A stretch of DNA of 54,201 nt from Eubacteriales bacterium (lineage in GTDB: Bacteria; Bacillota; Clostridia; Oscillospirales; CAG-272), in the NCBI GenBank assembly GCA_045592305.1, contig JAZNUO010000136.1, forward strand, positions 1 to 54,201, written 5' to 3'. Position 1 is the first letter of the stretch. Every line of letters begins with the position of its first letter. A program made the translations under genes and the position numbers. The notes under the pieces were generated by a model. That model had not been told where the DNA came from, ran no database searches, and worked only from the letters and a program-made list of their open reading frames with translations. Shown piece after piece: positions 1 to 8,274 of the stretch.

Positions 1-609
1 CCCACAAAGGAAACCGCGCCCCAGTCCGCCGCACCCTACCGCATGGTGGGTGAGGTATTCCACTCCTACGTCATTGTGGAGCAGGGCGACCGTATGCTGC
101 TCATCGACAAGCACGCCGCCCACGAGCGCATCATTTTTGAACAGCTCAAGGCTAACATGAAGGACAAGGCGGTGGAGTCCCAGCTACTCCTGCTCCCCAT
201 CGAGATCATGCTCATGAGCGAGGAGGTGGGGCTTCTGGACACCTACCGCGCAGAGCTGGAAGCCGTTGGATTTACTTACACCTGCCTCCGCAACACCGTC
301 CGTGTGGACAGTATCCCCAGCGGCATCGAGGCGGGTGCCGTCCCCGATATGCTGGCTACCGTTGCCGAGCAGCTCAAGAGCGGGGTGGACACCGCCAAGA
401 TCACCCGCGACATCCTCTTTGAAAAGGCCCTCTACCAAGCCTCCTGCAAGGCCGCCATCAAAGCGGGACGGGACTATCCCCCCGAGCATATCGGGTGGCT
501 GGTGGACAAGCTCATGGAGATCCCCGATATTACCTTCTGTCCTCACGGTCGCCCCGTGGCTATGGAGATGAAGAAAAGGAATATCGATCATCAGTTTGAG
601 AGGTGCTGA
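1..609 (+). CDS. mutL: DNA mismatch repair protein MutL, C-terminal domain (5' part lies outside the window)
   Basis: Frame open from the window edge. LLIDKHAAHERIIFEQL and FCPHGRPV...FER motifs are typical of the MutL C-terminus. Confidence 0.85.
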   Translation, partial: PTKETAPQSAAPYRMVGEVFHSYVIVEQGDRMLLIDKHAAHERIIFEQLKANMKDKAVESQLLLLPIEIMLMSEEVGLLDTYRAELEAVGFTYTCLRNTVRVDSIPSGIEAGAVPDMLATVAEQLKSGVDTAKITRDILFEKALYQASCKAAIKAGRDYPPEHIGWLVDKLMEIPDITFCPHGRPVAMEMKKRNIDHQFERC

Positions 610-963
610 CAAAAGATACAAAGGGATGAGGAGAGTCACATGAGCTTATCGTACGGGTGTTAACTCTTTCGTGCCGGAGAGCGCCTTTTGAAATCGGCAT
701 CCGGATAGTGAATTGCTATCACCTCTCCTCATCCGTCACGCCTTCGGCGTGCCACCTTCCCCGCTGGGGAAGGCAAAGAACGTGGTCCCATCACCGCACC
801 GAAAAAACAAAAATGAAATATCGACCGGATATTACAATAACTTTTTTTAAAAGTTCTTGAGGGGTTTGGGGAACTTCTTTCAAGAAGTTCCCCAAGCGTT
901 CTCTCGTACTTAAATACAAAACGGCCTCACATTGCATTGTGACAAGCCAAGAAAGAGGAACCG

Positions 964-2103
964 ATGTTTACGATTCTCGCAACCGACGGACGCGCCCGCA
1001 GAGGCGTGCTCCACACCGTTCACGGTGACATCCAGACCCCCGTTTTCATGAACGTGGGCACCTGCGCCGCCATCAAGGGCGGCGTATCCACCATGGAGCT
1101 GCTCAATGACGTGGATTGCCAGGTCGAGCTCTCCAACACCTACCACCTCCACATCCGCCCCGGCGACAAGCTCATCTACGACATGGGCGGCCTCCACAAA
1201 TTCATGAACTGGCCCAAGCCCATCCTCACCGACAGCGGCGGATTTCAGGTGTTCTCCCTTTCCTCCCTCCGTAAGATCACCGAGGAGGGGGTGAGGTTCG
1301 CCTCCCACGTGGACGGCAAGCGCATCTTCATGGGTCCCGAGGAGAGCATGCAGATCCAGTCTCACCTCGCCTCCACCATCGCCATGGCCTTTGACGAGTG
1401 CATCGAGAACCCCGCCCCCTACCAGTACGTCAAGCAGTCCTGTGAGCGTACCGTCCGCTGGCTGGAGCGTTGCCGCGCCGAGATGGATCGCCTCAACAGC
1501 CTCCCCGAGACCATCAACCGCAACCAGATGCTCTTCGGCATCAATCAGGGCGGCACCTACGAGGATCTCCGTATCGAGCATATGCACCGGATTTCCGAGA
1601 TCCCCTGCCAGGGCTACGCCATCGGCGGTCTGGCCGTGGGCGAGGCCACCGAGGAGATGTACCGCATCATCGACGCGGTGGAGCCCCACATGCCCAAGGA
1701 TAAGCCCCGCTACCTCATGGGCGTGGGCACCCCCTGCAACATCCTGGAGGCCGTCCACATGGGCGTGGATTTCTTCGACTGCGTCATGCCCTCCCGTAAC
1801 GCCCGCCACGGCAATTTGTTCACTTGGGAAGGGAAGATCAACCTCCTCAACGAGAAGTATATGCGGGATCCCCGCCCCATCGGCCTGACCTGCGACTGCC
1901 CCACCTGCAAGAGTTACTCCCGCTCCTACATCCGACACCTCATCAAGGCCAAGGAGTCCCTGGGTATGCGCCTGGCCGTCACCCACAACCTGTACTTCTA
2001 CAACAACCTCACCCGCAAGATCCGCGAGGCTCTGGAGGGAGGCTACTTCGAGAGCTTCTACCAAAAGTACCGCCTGATCCTCGGCGAGCGTTGCCCCGAC
2101 TAA
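964..2103 (+). CDS. tgt: Queuine tRNA-ribosyltransferase (tRNA-guanine transglycosylase)
   Basis: 379 aa. TPVFMNVGT, LTDSGGFQVFSL and a CDCPTC zinc site. RBS agaggaa upstream. Confidence 0.95.
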   Translation: MFTILATDGRARRGVLHTVHGDIQTPVFMNVGTCAAIKGGVSTMELLNDVDCQVELSNTYHLHIRPGDKLIYDMGGLHKFMNWPKPILTDSGGFQVFSLSSLRKITEEGVRFASHVDGKRIFMGPEESMQIQSHLASTIAMAFDECIENPAPYQYVKQSCERTVRWLERCRAEMDRLNSLPETINRNQMLFGINQGGTYEDLRIEHMHRISEIPCQGYAIGGLAVGEATEEMYRIIDAVEPHMPKDKPRYLMGVGTPCNILEAVHMGVDFFDCVMPSRNARHGNLFTWEGKINLLNEKYMRDPRPIGLTCDCPTCKSYSRSYIRHLIKAKESLGMRLAVTHNLYFYNNLTRKIREALEGGYFESFYQKYRLILGERCPD

Positions 2104-2104
2104 G

Positions 2105-2250
2105 TAAGATACGCGCCGAGCAAGCTCGGCAGATACAAAGATACAAAGATACAAGATACAAAGATATTAGATAAGCTGAACCCGAGGCATATCTTATATC
2201 TCGTATCTTGTATCTCGTATCTTGTATCTCGTATCTTGTATCTCGTATCC
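2105..2250 (+). repeat. GATACAA-heptamer palindromic intergenic element, copy 1 (expanded)
   Basis: AAGATAC, then a GCGCCGAGCAAGCTCGGC hairpin, GATACAA(A) units, a loop, then about 8 alternating TATCTTG/TATCTCG units. Starts 2 nt after the tgt stop. Confidence 0.85.
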
Positions 2251-2279
2251 CGACTCAACTATCCGAAAGGAGTATCCCT

Positions 2280-2441
2280 ATGTCTGTCCGCGCCATCATC
2301 TTCGACAAGGACGGCACCCTCCACGATACCGAAGAGGTCTACATGCAGGCATGGAAGCCTTCCGCCGAGGTGGAGATGCTGGCGCGGAGGAAGCTGGATC
2401 GTCTCATGGATATGGTTCCCCTGCCGGAGGGGGAGGATTGA
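2280..2441 (+). pseudogene. HAD-superfamily hydrolase N-terminal fragment (54 codons)
   Basis: RBS aaaggag, then MSVRAIIFDKDGTLHD (HAD motif I DxDGT). The ORF stops after 54 aa and a terminator follows. Full HAD enzymes are several-fold longer. Confidence 0.35.
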
Positions 2442-2486
2442 CCGTCGCCCCTGATAGGGAGAGCGGCTCACCGTCTCCCCCGGAAC

Positions 2487-2522
2487 ACCGCCAACGGTAC
2501 GTTCCGTCGGCGGTATTTTTTT
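2487..2522 (+). terminator. Rho-independent terminator
   Basis: ACCGCCAACGG / CCGTCGGCGGT stem (one mismatch) followed by ATTTTTTT. Confidence 0.5.
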
Positions 2523-2615
2523 GTGAAAAGACCAAACCAAATCCCCCCATTTGCACACGATATAGATGAACCCCATCTTCACCCAACCGTTGAGCCGCAT
2601 ACAACCAATGGTTTC

Positions 2616-2644
2616 TTGACAAACGGCTCTGCCCATGCTATACT
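2616..2644 (+). promoter_or_regulatory. Sigma-A type promoter
   Basis: TTGACA, 17 nt, TGcTATACT. Confidence 0.5.
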
Positions 2645-2690
2645 GAGAGCAAGGAAAAACCATTCACTCTGCCTACGAAAGGATCATTCC

Positions 2691-3398
2691 ATGAAAAAGA
2701 AACTTCAGGACAGTACCGCCTATTTCTACCAGAAGGACATCCTGCGCCCCATCGGTGCGGTGTTGCTCCCCCTCGGTCTCGTTGTGCTCTATTTCGGTTG
2801 GAGCTATATCTCCTACATATTCGGCGCTATGGCCGTCCCCGCGGGGTTGATTCTGTTCATCGTCGGCGGGGCAAAGCACATATCCGACAATGATGTGGCC
2901 GAGCTGATGGATCACGCCATGCTGGACTATGACAAGGCGGTCACGGATATGGTGGGGTACGAGCGTATCGTCCTCAAGCAGCCCGCGCCCTTTGAGATTT
3001 CGGCCTACAGCTTCGGCAGTGAGGCCTCCTGCTTCAAAAAGGGCAAGAACGGCACCCCCGTCTCGGATCAGTATACCCGCACCCATATCTTCTACACCAA
3101 GGACACCGTGATCGTGGTGGGACGCTCCCTCTCCCTGACCCGACTCAATGAGACCGACGGCGGGGGCATCACCGACTTTTGCGAGCACCTGACCCTTTCG
3201 GGCATCCGCTCCGCCGCGCTGGAGCAGTACGAGACCGCCGTCACCCTCACCAATACGGGCAAAACCATGACCGTCAAGTGGTGCGAGCTGGTGCTGACGG
3301 GGGAGGAGGGGGAGCTTCTCCGCGTCCCCGCCAAGAACGATATGGATGCCTCCAATTTTGTGGACGACATCAACCGCCGAAGCGCTCGGGGGGCTTGA
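2691..3398 (+). CDS. Hypothetical membrane protein (two N-terminal TM helices)
   Basis: Start chosen at MKKKLQ. The hydrophobic stretches LLPLGLVVLYFGW and AVPAGLILFIVGG follow. No recognisable catalytic motif. Confidence 0.6.
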   Translation: MKKKLQDSTAYFYQKDILRPIGAVLLPLGLVVLYFGWSYISYIFGAMAVPAGLILFIVGGAKHISDNDVAELMDHAMLDYDKAVTDMVGYERIVLKQPAPFEISAYSFGSEASCFKKGKNGTPVSDQYTRTHIFYTKDTVIVVGRSLSLTRLNETDGGGITDFCEHLTLSGIRSAALEQYETAVTLTNTGKTMTVKWCELVLTGEEGELLRVPAKNDMDASNFVDDINRRSARGA

Positions 3399-3444
3399 TG
3401 TGTTCATCGGAAGCACCCGCTTCCGATTCTTTTCCTTCCAAAAC

Positions 3445-3485
3445 AAAACCCGTTACCGACGGCTCTTCTGTCGGTAACGGGTTTT
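3445..3485. terminator. Bidirectional terminator between convergent genes
   Basis: Perfect 16-bp stem AAAACCCGTTACCGAC / GTCGGTAACGGGTTTT, with A/T runs on both sides. Confidence 0.7.
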
Positions 3486-3565
3486 GTGCTTATGTCATAG
3501 AGCTTTTTTTGGGGGGAGCTTTGCCTCCGCCGCGGGCAGAAACCGCGCGAAATATGTCGGAAGCC

Positions 3566-4147
3566 TCACCCGAACAGGGAGAAGAAGCGCTCCAGAAGTC
3601 CCAGATGCTCGAAAAGGATTTTGCACCCCATGAGGATGAGGACGATGCCGCCCACAAGCTCGGCCTTGGATTTGAACCTTGCCCCGAACAGATGCCCGAC
3701 GTACACGCCCACCGCCGACAAAGCGAAGGTAATGACACCGATCAGGGTCACGGCGGGAGCAATAGTCACCTCCAGAAACGCGAAGGTAACACCCACCGCT
3801 AAAGCGTCGATGCTGGTGGCCACCGCCATGGGGAGCATGGCCTTGGGGGAGAAGGAGCAATCGCAAGCCTCGGCACCTCCGAAGGACTCCTTGATCATGT
3901 TGGCGCCGATGAGACCCAGCAGGACGAAGGCGATCCAGTGATCCACCTGCTCGATGTAGGCGCGGAAGCCGCGAGCCAGGAAGTAACCCAGCACGGGCAT
4001 AGCGGCCTGAAATCCGCCAAAGTACAGACCCGTAATGACGGCGTGTCGGAATCTCAGCTTGGGAGCGGACAACCCCTTGCAGATGGCCACAGCCATGGCA
4101 TCCATGGACAGACCGACGGCCAATATGAATAACTCTAAAAGAGACAT
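3566..4147 (-). CDS. mntP: Manganese efflux pump MntP family
   Basis: MSLLELFILAVGLSMDAMAVAICKG with a duplicated SxDA(L/M)AVG motif. About 6 TM helices. RBS ggaggtt precedes the ATG at 4147. Confidence 0.85.
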   Translation of the reverse strand: MSLLELFILAVGLSMDAMAVAICKGLSAPKLRFRHAVITGLYFGGFQAAMPVLGYFLARGFRAYIEQVDHWIAFVLLGLIGANMIKESFGGAEACDCSFSPKAMLPMAVATSIDALAVGVTFAFLEVTIAPAVTLIGVITFALSAVGVYVGHLFGARFKSKAELVGGIVLILMGCKILFEHLGLLERFFSLFG

Positions 4148-4196
4148 GGAAACCTCCGAATATGGTTTGGTAGATCCTATTGTTACGCGGAAAGTA

Positions 4197-4225
4197 ATTA
4201 TACCACAATCGGCAGGCTTTGTCAA
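4197..4225 (-). promoter_or_regulatory. Sigma-A type promoter for mntP
   Basis: Minus strand reads TTGACA, 17 nt, TGgTATAAT. Confidence 0.6.
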
Positions 4226-4300
4226 TTATTTCCGGGAAAACATCCTGCGTCAAATATGAAAGAATTTCCGATGCCTCAGACCGTGTGACGGATGCCCGCG

Positions 4301-5941
4301 TTATAATGTTTTTTTGTGAGCCGTACGGGAGATCGAAGTCCTCGCTTCGCTCGGGGCAAGCTGCGCCAAGAAAGCAGAAATGAGAGCCTTACTTGCAGCT
4401 TGCAGGTTTCTCTTACCGAAACAAATCCTCAAAAAAGCAAGAGCACCGTATTCGCGGTGCTCTTGCTTTTTTGATGAAGCGGACGATGCAACGTCCGAAC
4501 TATTTGCCATATTTTCAATTTCTTCAGTTGTAGGTATATCGATTGGCTTATCATCGAAGGTGAGGAACACCTTGATGTAATCGTCATAAACGAATATCGC
4601 TTTGACGAGACCGTCAATCAAACGTTCCTTGTTTTTCTCAAACCTCAAATCGAGATTGCGGAACTTATGCAGTGTGAACAGGATGAAATCCTTTGTGATT
4701 TTTGGTTTCTTGTCTTCTTCCACCTTGATATTCCACTTGATTTTTTCTTCCTCTGCCTCAAGCTCCTCCAAGCGTGATTTGGTCGTGCGAGTGACAACGC
4801 CCTTTTCGATAGCCTTCATAATGTTGTCAATTGAGGATTGAACCTCTTTGAGTTGAGCCTCAAGCGCAAGAATCATTTCATCGTCCTCGTTTAAGAGAGC
4901 CATCACGTCATCTGCCATATCACTGAGAAGCTTATCGTTATTCAGCCAAGCGGATATCTGCTCGATGACCTTGTCCTCGATCCAATCCTTGCGAATTGCC
5001 TTGCGGTCACATTCGTGGCGTTTGGCACTGGCACATTTGTAATAGCGGTATATCATGCCATTTGGTTTGTTTGCGCTATCGCCGACAAACATGGAATTGC
5101 ATGTTCCGCAGAACAGCTTGGTTGTGAGTAAATATCTCTCGGGCGCTTTCGCTTTGCCCGTTGCATGCTTGTTTTGTTTCATACGAATGGCAACCCTTTC
5201 AAAAATGTCTTTGGAAACGATAGCAGGGATGGCGTTAGGAACTACGATCTCCTTGTATGCGTACTCGCCAATATATCTGCGGTTGGCAAATATACGTGCA
5301 AGGGAGTTTTTATTGAATCGATTGCCCTTGGACGTGCGGATGCCTCTTGCATTCAGATCTTCAACAATGTCGGTAATGGACTCGCCACCTGCGTATCTGC
5401 GGAACATCTCGATTACAAGCGGAGCTTTTTCGGGATCGGGCTGATAATGCTGTTCCTCGTCTATCATATAGCCGAAAGGAATATTGCCACCGTTAAAGCG
5501 GCATTTGAGAGCATTCTCGGTCATACCACGCGATACCTTCTCAGCCAGATCAGCGGAATAGTATTCAGCCATACCTTCAAGAACGGACTCAAGAATGATA
5601 CCTTCCGCACCCTCGGAGATGGATTCGGTAGCGGAAACGACCTTGACATCGTTCTTACGCAGCATCGCCTTGTACCTTGCCGAATCGTAACGGTTACGAG
5701 AGAATCGATCGAGCTTCCAAACGATAACCACATCAAAGCCCTTTTTCGCACTGTCCTTTATCATTCGCTGGAATTCAGGGCGGTTATCCGTTTTGGCAGA
5801 ATATGCCCTGTCAATATACGTTCCGACAATATCGATTCCATTCTTCTTGGCATACGCTGTGTTCTCACGAAGCTGCCCCTCAATGGATTCCTCACGCTGA
5901 TTGTCCGAAGAATAGCGTGCATAGATTACACCTCTCATCAC
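4301..5941 (-). CDS. Large serine recombinase (resolvase domain, recombinase domain, zinc ribbon, coiled coil)
   Basis: VIYARYSSDNQ catalytic serine motif and KLDRFSRN. CGTC...YYKC zinc ribbon. 546 codons. The last 70 or so codons run through a terminator hairpin and the att-like repeat. Confidence 0.9.
   Translation of the reverse strand: MMRGVIYARYSSDNQREESIEGQLRENTAYAKKNGIDIVGTYIDRAYSAKTDNRPEFQRMIKDSAKKGFDVVIVWKLDRFSRNRYDSARYKAMLRKNDVKVVSATESISEGAEGIILESVLEGMAEYYSADLAEKVSRGMTENALKCRFNGGNIPFGYMIDEEQHYQPDPEKAPLVIEMFRRYAGGESITDIVEDLNARGIRTSKGNRFNKNSLARIFANRRYIGEYAYKEIVVPNAIPAIVSKDIFERVAIRMKQNKHATGKAKAPERYLLTTKLFCGTCNSMFVGDSANKPNGMIYRYYKCASAKRHECDRKAIRKDWIEDKVIEQISAWLNNDKLLSDMADDVMALLNEDDEMILALEAQLKEVQSSIDNIMKAIEKGVVTRTTKSRLEELEAEEEKIKWNIKVEEDKKPKITKDFILFTLHKFRNLDLRFEKNKERLIDGLVKAIFVYDDYIKVFLTFDDKPIDIPTTEEIENMANSSDVASSASSKKQEHREYGALAFLRICFGKRNLQAASKALISAFLAQLAPSEARTSISRTAHKKTL
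4313..4337 (-). repeat. Imperfect copy of the tRNA-Glu 3' end (att-like direct repeat, left junction)
   Basis: TTTGTGAGCCGTACGGGAGATCGAA vs TTTGGTGACCCGTACGGGAATCGAA at 26044-26068, in the same orientation. About 22 identities with two 1-nt indels. Confidence 0.55.
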
Positions 5942-6094
5942 TTCGCCTCCTTCCTGCCTTAAGTGTGACCATTATACCATGAAGCAAAAATGCTTGCTTG
6001 CAAGGGCATTTTTGCAAAGCCGTCAATAACGCATGTGCGCAACGCGCACACAGGGCGAAGCCCAAAGACTTGTCTCGCAAGGCTTTATGCGTGT

Positions 6095-6123
6095 ATTATA
6101 CCATACAAATCTGGATTTGTCAA
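6095..6123 (-). promoter_or_regulatory. Sigma-A type promoter facing the serine recombinase gene
   Basis: Minus strand reads TTGACA, 17 nt, TGgTATAAT. It is part of a block of about 49 bp duplicated at 19830-19877. Confidence 0.5.
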
Positions 6124-6305
6124 CGAAAACTCCAAAAATATTATATAGAATTTTCAAGCAACACAACTTCCTTGTATTAAATAGCAAATCAAATATTGCA
6201 TTGCAGTAGTCAAAGAAAAGCAAAAAAGTATTTTTATTTTAGAAAAAGGTCTGGACTTTCGCAACCTTCTGTGGTATTGTTGTGTGCTAACAGGAGGTAC
6301 GGACT

Positions 6306-6587
6306 ATGAAAAGCATGATAAAAGAGTTATGGCGAGGAAATATTATGCCGCCCGAGGACAGCAGACACAACACCCCCGAGATGAAACAGCTATTGGAATA
6401 CATTAGTCGGCACAACGATGACTTGCAAAAAACAATGACGGACGAGCAAAAAGAGATATTCGAGAAATTCAACGACTGCTGGAGCGAGTATGCAAGTCTC
6501 TCTGATGAAGCGTTGTTCGAGTATGCTTTCAGATTAGGCGCACAACTGATGCTTGAAACACAGTTGCAACTCAATAAAGAGGGGTAA
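6306..6587 (+). CDS. Small hypothetical protein (93 aa, helical)
   Basis: RBS aggaggt. Tightly followed by the XRE regulator gene. Confidence 0.55.
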   Translation: MKSMIKELWRGNIMPPEDSRHNTPEMKQLLEYISRHNDDLQKTMTDEQKEIFEKFNDCWSEYASLSDEALFEYAFRLGAQLMLETQLQLNKEG

Positions 6588-6592
6588 CTGCA

Positions 6593-6946
6593 ATGCTAAA
6601 ATCAACTTTTCTTAAATCAGTTGGGCGGCGCATTGCGAAAGCTCGCACAGATAAAGGATATAGCCAAGCAACGCTTGCCGAAAAAGCCAATATTTCAGTC
6701 AGCCATTTGAGTAATATCGAGCGCGGGAGAAAAAGCCTAAGTGCCGAAGTCTTACTTAAAATTGCCGAAGCCTTGCAAATGTCGGCAGATGGCATATTGT
6801 TCACCGATATTCCTCAAGTACATAAAGAAGTGGAAAGTCAAATAGACGTCAACCTCAATAATTGTACTGTAAGAGAGAAAGAATTTATACTTAAGCTCAT
6901 CAAGGATATAGGTGCATTTATTACCGAGATTAAGACGGAACTTTAA
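6593..6946 (+). CDS. XRE-family helix-turn-helix transcriptional regulator
   Basis: GYSQATLAEKANISVSHLSNIERGRKSLS is a classic Cro/CI HTH. Confidence 0.85.
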   Translation: MLKSTFLKSVGRRIAKARTDKGYSQATLAEKANISVSHLSNIERGRKSLSAEVLLKIAEALQMSADGILFTDIPQVHKEVESQIDVNLNNCTVREKEFILKLIKDIGAFITEIKTEL

Positions 6947-6956
6947 TAACCCAAAG

Positions 6957-6996
6957 GAGATACGAGTCAGTATTTTGATTCGTATCTCTGTTTTTT
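6957..6996 (+). terminator. Rho-independent terminator
   Basis: GAGATACGA / TCGTATCTC stem followed by TGTTTTTT. Confidence 0.6.
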
Positions 6997-7135
6997 ATAA
7001 TTCATATAGTCCATAGGCTATATCATAGTCTGGGGATTATTTTCTTTTTAACTGATATTTGATACAATAATAGCAAGCATAAATATATTCATCTTATCGT
7101 GATAAAATAATTAGGTAGAAGGAGGATGATAGAAT

Positions 7136-7975
7136 ATGAGAAAAATAACAACTGAAATAATAAAATCATTCAATGACTATCTGATTAACGAGGAAAAGGC
7201 GGCGGCAACCGTCAACAAGTACCTGCACGATGTAGGAGAATTTCAAACATGGCTTGGCGAGCAGGAGCTATGTAAAACAGCAGTTCTTGCATACAAGTCA
7301 TACCTTTGCGAGCATTACGCCCCTGCAAGTGTCAATGCCGCGCTTTCTTCACTCAACAGCTTTTTCGATTTTATGGAGTGGTATGATTTGAGAGTGAAAA
7401 ATCTCAAAATTCAAAAGCAGATCTTTGCCTCCACAGACAAGGAATTGACCAAAGCCGAATATGACCGCCTTTTGCAAGCGGCAAAGCAGAAGAAAAACGA
7501 GCGCTTGTATCTCTTAATGCAGACGATATGCTCCACGGGAATCCGTGTATCCGAGGTGCGCTACGTTACTGTCGAGGCAGTGGTGTGCGGTATTGCCGAG
7601 ATCAACTGCAAGGGCAAGCGCAGACAGGTATTTTTGCCGAAGCAGCTTTGTCAGATCTTAAAGCAATATATTAAGGAGCAAAAAATAAAAAGCGGCGCCG
7701 TGTTCGTAACGAAGAACGGCAATCCGCTTGATAGATCAAATATTTGGAGTGATATGAAAAAGCTATGTAAGACGGCGAACGTGTCGGAGAAGAAGGTCTT
7801 TCCCCACAATCTCCGGCATCTTTTCGCACGCACTTATTACAGTTTGCAAAAAGACATCGTACGCTTGGCTGATATCCTCGGTCACAGTAGCGTAAACACA
7901 ACGAGAATATACACGATGGAAACCGGCGAAGTTCATCGTAGACAGATTCAAAAATTAGGGCTTTTACGGTGTTAA
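7136..7975 (+). CDS. Tyrosine recombinase, XerC/D-like (candidate invertase)
   Basis: 279 aa. GIRVSEV (Arg), HNLRHLFA (HxxR) and LGHSSVNTTRIYT (His...Tyr). No arm-binding N-domain. Ends 18 bp before the left recombination site. Confidence 0.9.
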   Translation: MRKITTEIIKSFNDYLINEEKAAATVNKYLHDVGEFQTWLGEQELCKTAVLAYKSYLCEHYAPASVNAALSSLNSFFDFMEWYDLRVKNLKIQKQIFASTDKELTKAEYDRLLQAAKQKKNERLYLLMQTICSTGIRVSEVRYVTVEAVVCGIAEINCKGKRRQVFLPKQLCQILKQYIKEQKIKSGAVFVTKNGNPLDRSNIWSDMKKLCKTANVSEKKVFPHNLRHLFARTYYSLQKDIVRLADILGHSSVNTTRIYTMETGEVHRRQIQKLGLLRC

Positions 7976-7992
7976 TATAGCTTAATAACAAT

Positions 7993-8018
7993 ACACCACA
8001 TAATTTTCGTTATGTGGT
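7993..8018. repeat. Left lox-like recombination site (inverted repeat)
   Basis: ACACCACATAA-TTTTCG-TTATGTGGT: 9-bp inverted arms around an asymmetric 6-bp spacer. Exact reverse complement of 8217-8242. Confidence 0.85.
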
Positions 8019-8046
8019 AAACAAAAGGCAATATACATAAAAATAG

Positions 8047-8070
8047 GGCGTTCGGTTAAGAACGCCTTTT
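8047..8070 (+). terminator. Terminator inside the invertible cassette
   Basis: GGCGTTC / GAACGCC stem followed by TTTT. A second 11-bp stem lies at 8072-8100. Confidence 0.5.
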
Positions 8071-8163
8071 AGACCAATGAAATCAAAATTTTCATTGGTC
8101 GCCTTTGCTATGCCTGTTTTTGTAAATTTTCATCGATTTATGGGGTTAAAACGATGTTAACAA

Positions 8164-8192
8164 TTGACATATATACTTATTTATGATATAAT
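8164..8192 (+). promoter_or_regulatory. Consensus sigma-A promoter on the invertible cassette (currently ON towards 8275)
   Basis: TTGACA, 17 nt, TGaTATAAT. Confidence 0.7.
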
Positions 8193-8216
8193 CTAATGTG
8201 AGAAATTGTATTACTC

Positions 8217-8242
8217 ACCACATAACGAAAATTATGTGGTGT
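8217..8242. repeat. Right lox-like recombination site (inverted repeat)
   Basis: ACCACATAA-CGAAAA-TTATGTGGTGT. Exact reverse complement of 7993-8018. Confidence 0.85.
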
Positions 8243-8274
8243 GAATACATCAACAAAAAAAGGAGATAAATGCT

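Noticed and set aside
657-860. 67-codon ORF in the mutL-tgt spacer.
   Set aside because: It is a translation of GC-rich hairpin repeats (HLPRWGRQ-type text). It has no RBS.
910-2154. 414-codon minus-strand ORF.
   Set aside because: Antisense to tgt, and it extends into the GATACAA repeat.
2208-2569. ORFs starting MYLVSCISY... (2208, 2222, 2236), plus similar ones at 28548-28785, 31255-31443, 38326-38583 and 43781-44272.
   Set aside because: Their N-terminal parts are translations of the GATACAA/TTGTATC heptamer repeats. Only the 2280-2441 portion (HAD motif I) looks like real coding sequence, and that is a fragment.
4148-4300. yybP-ykoY manganese riboswitch upstream of mntP.
   Set aside because: The consensus promoter at 4197-4225 leaves a leader of only about 45 nt. 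That is too short for the riboswitch, and I saw none of its conserved GGGGAGUAG-type core.
5165-5962. 265-codon + strand ORF.
   Set aside because: Antisense to the serine recombinase gene. It has no RBS and an implausible composition.
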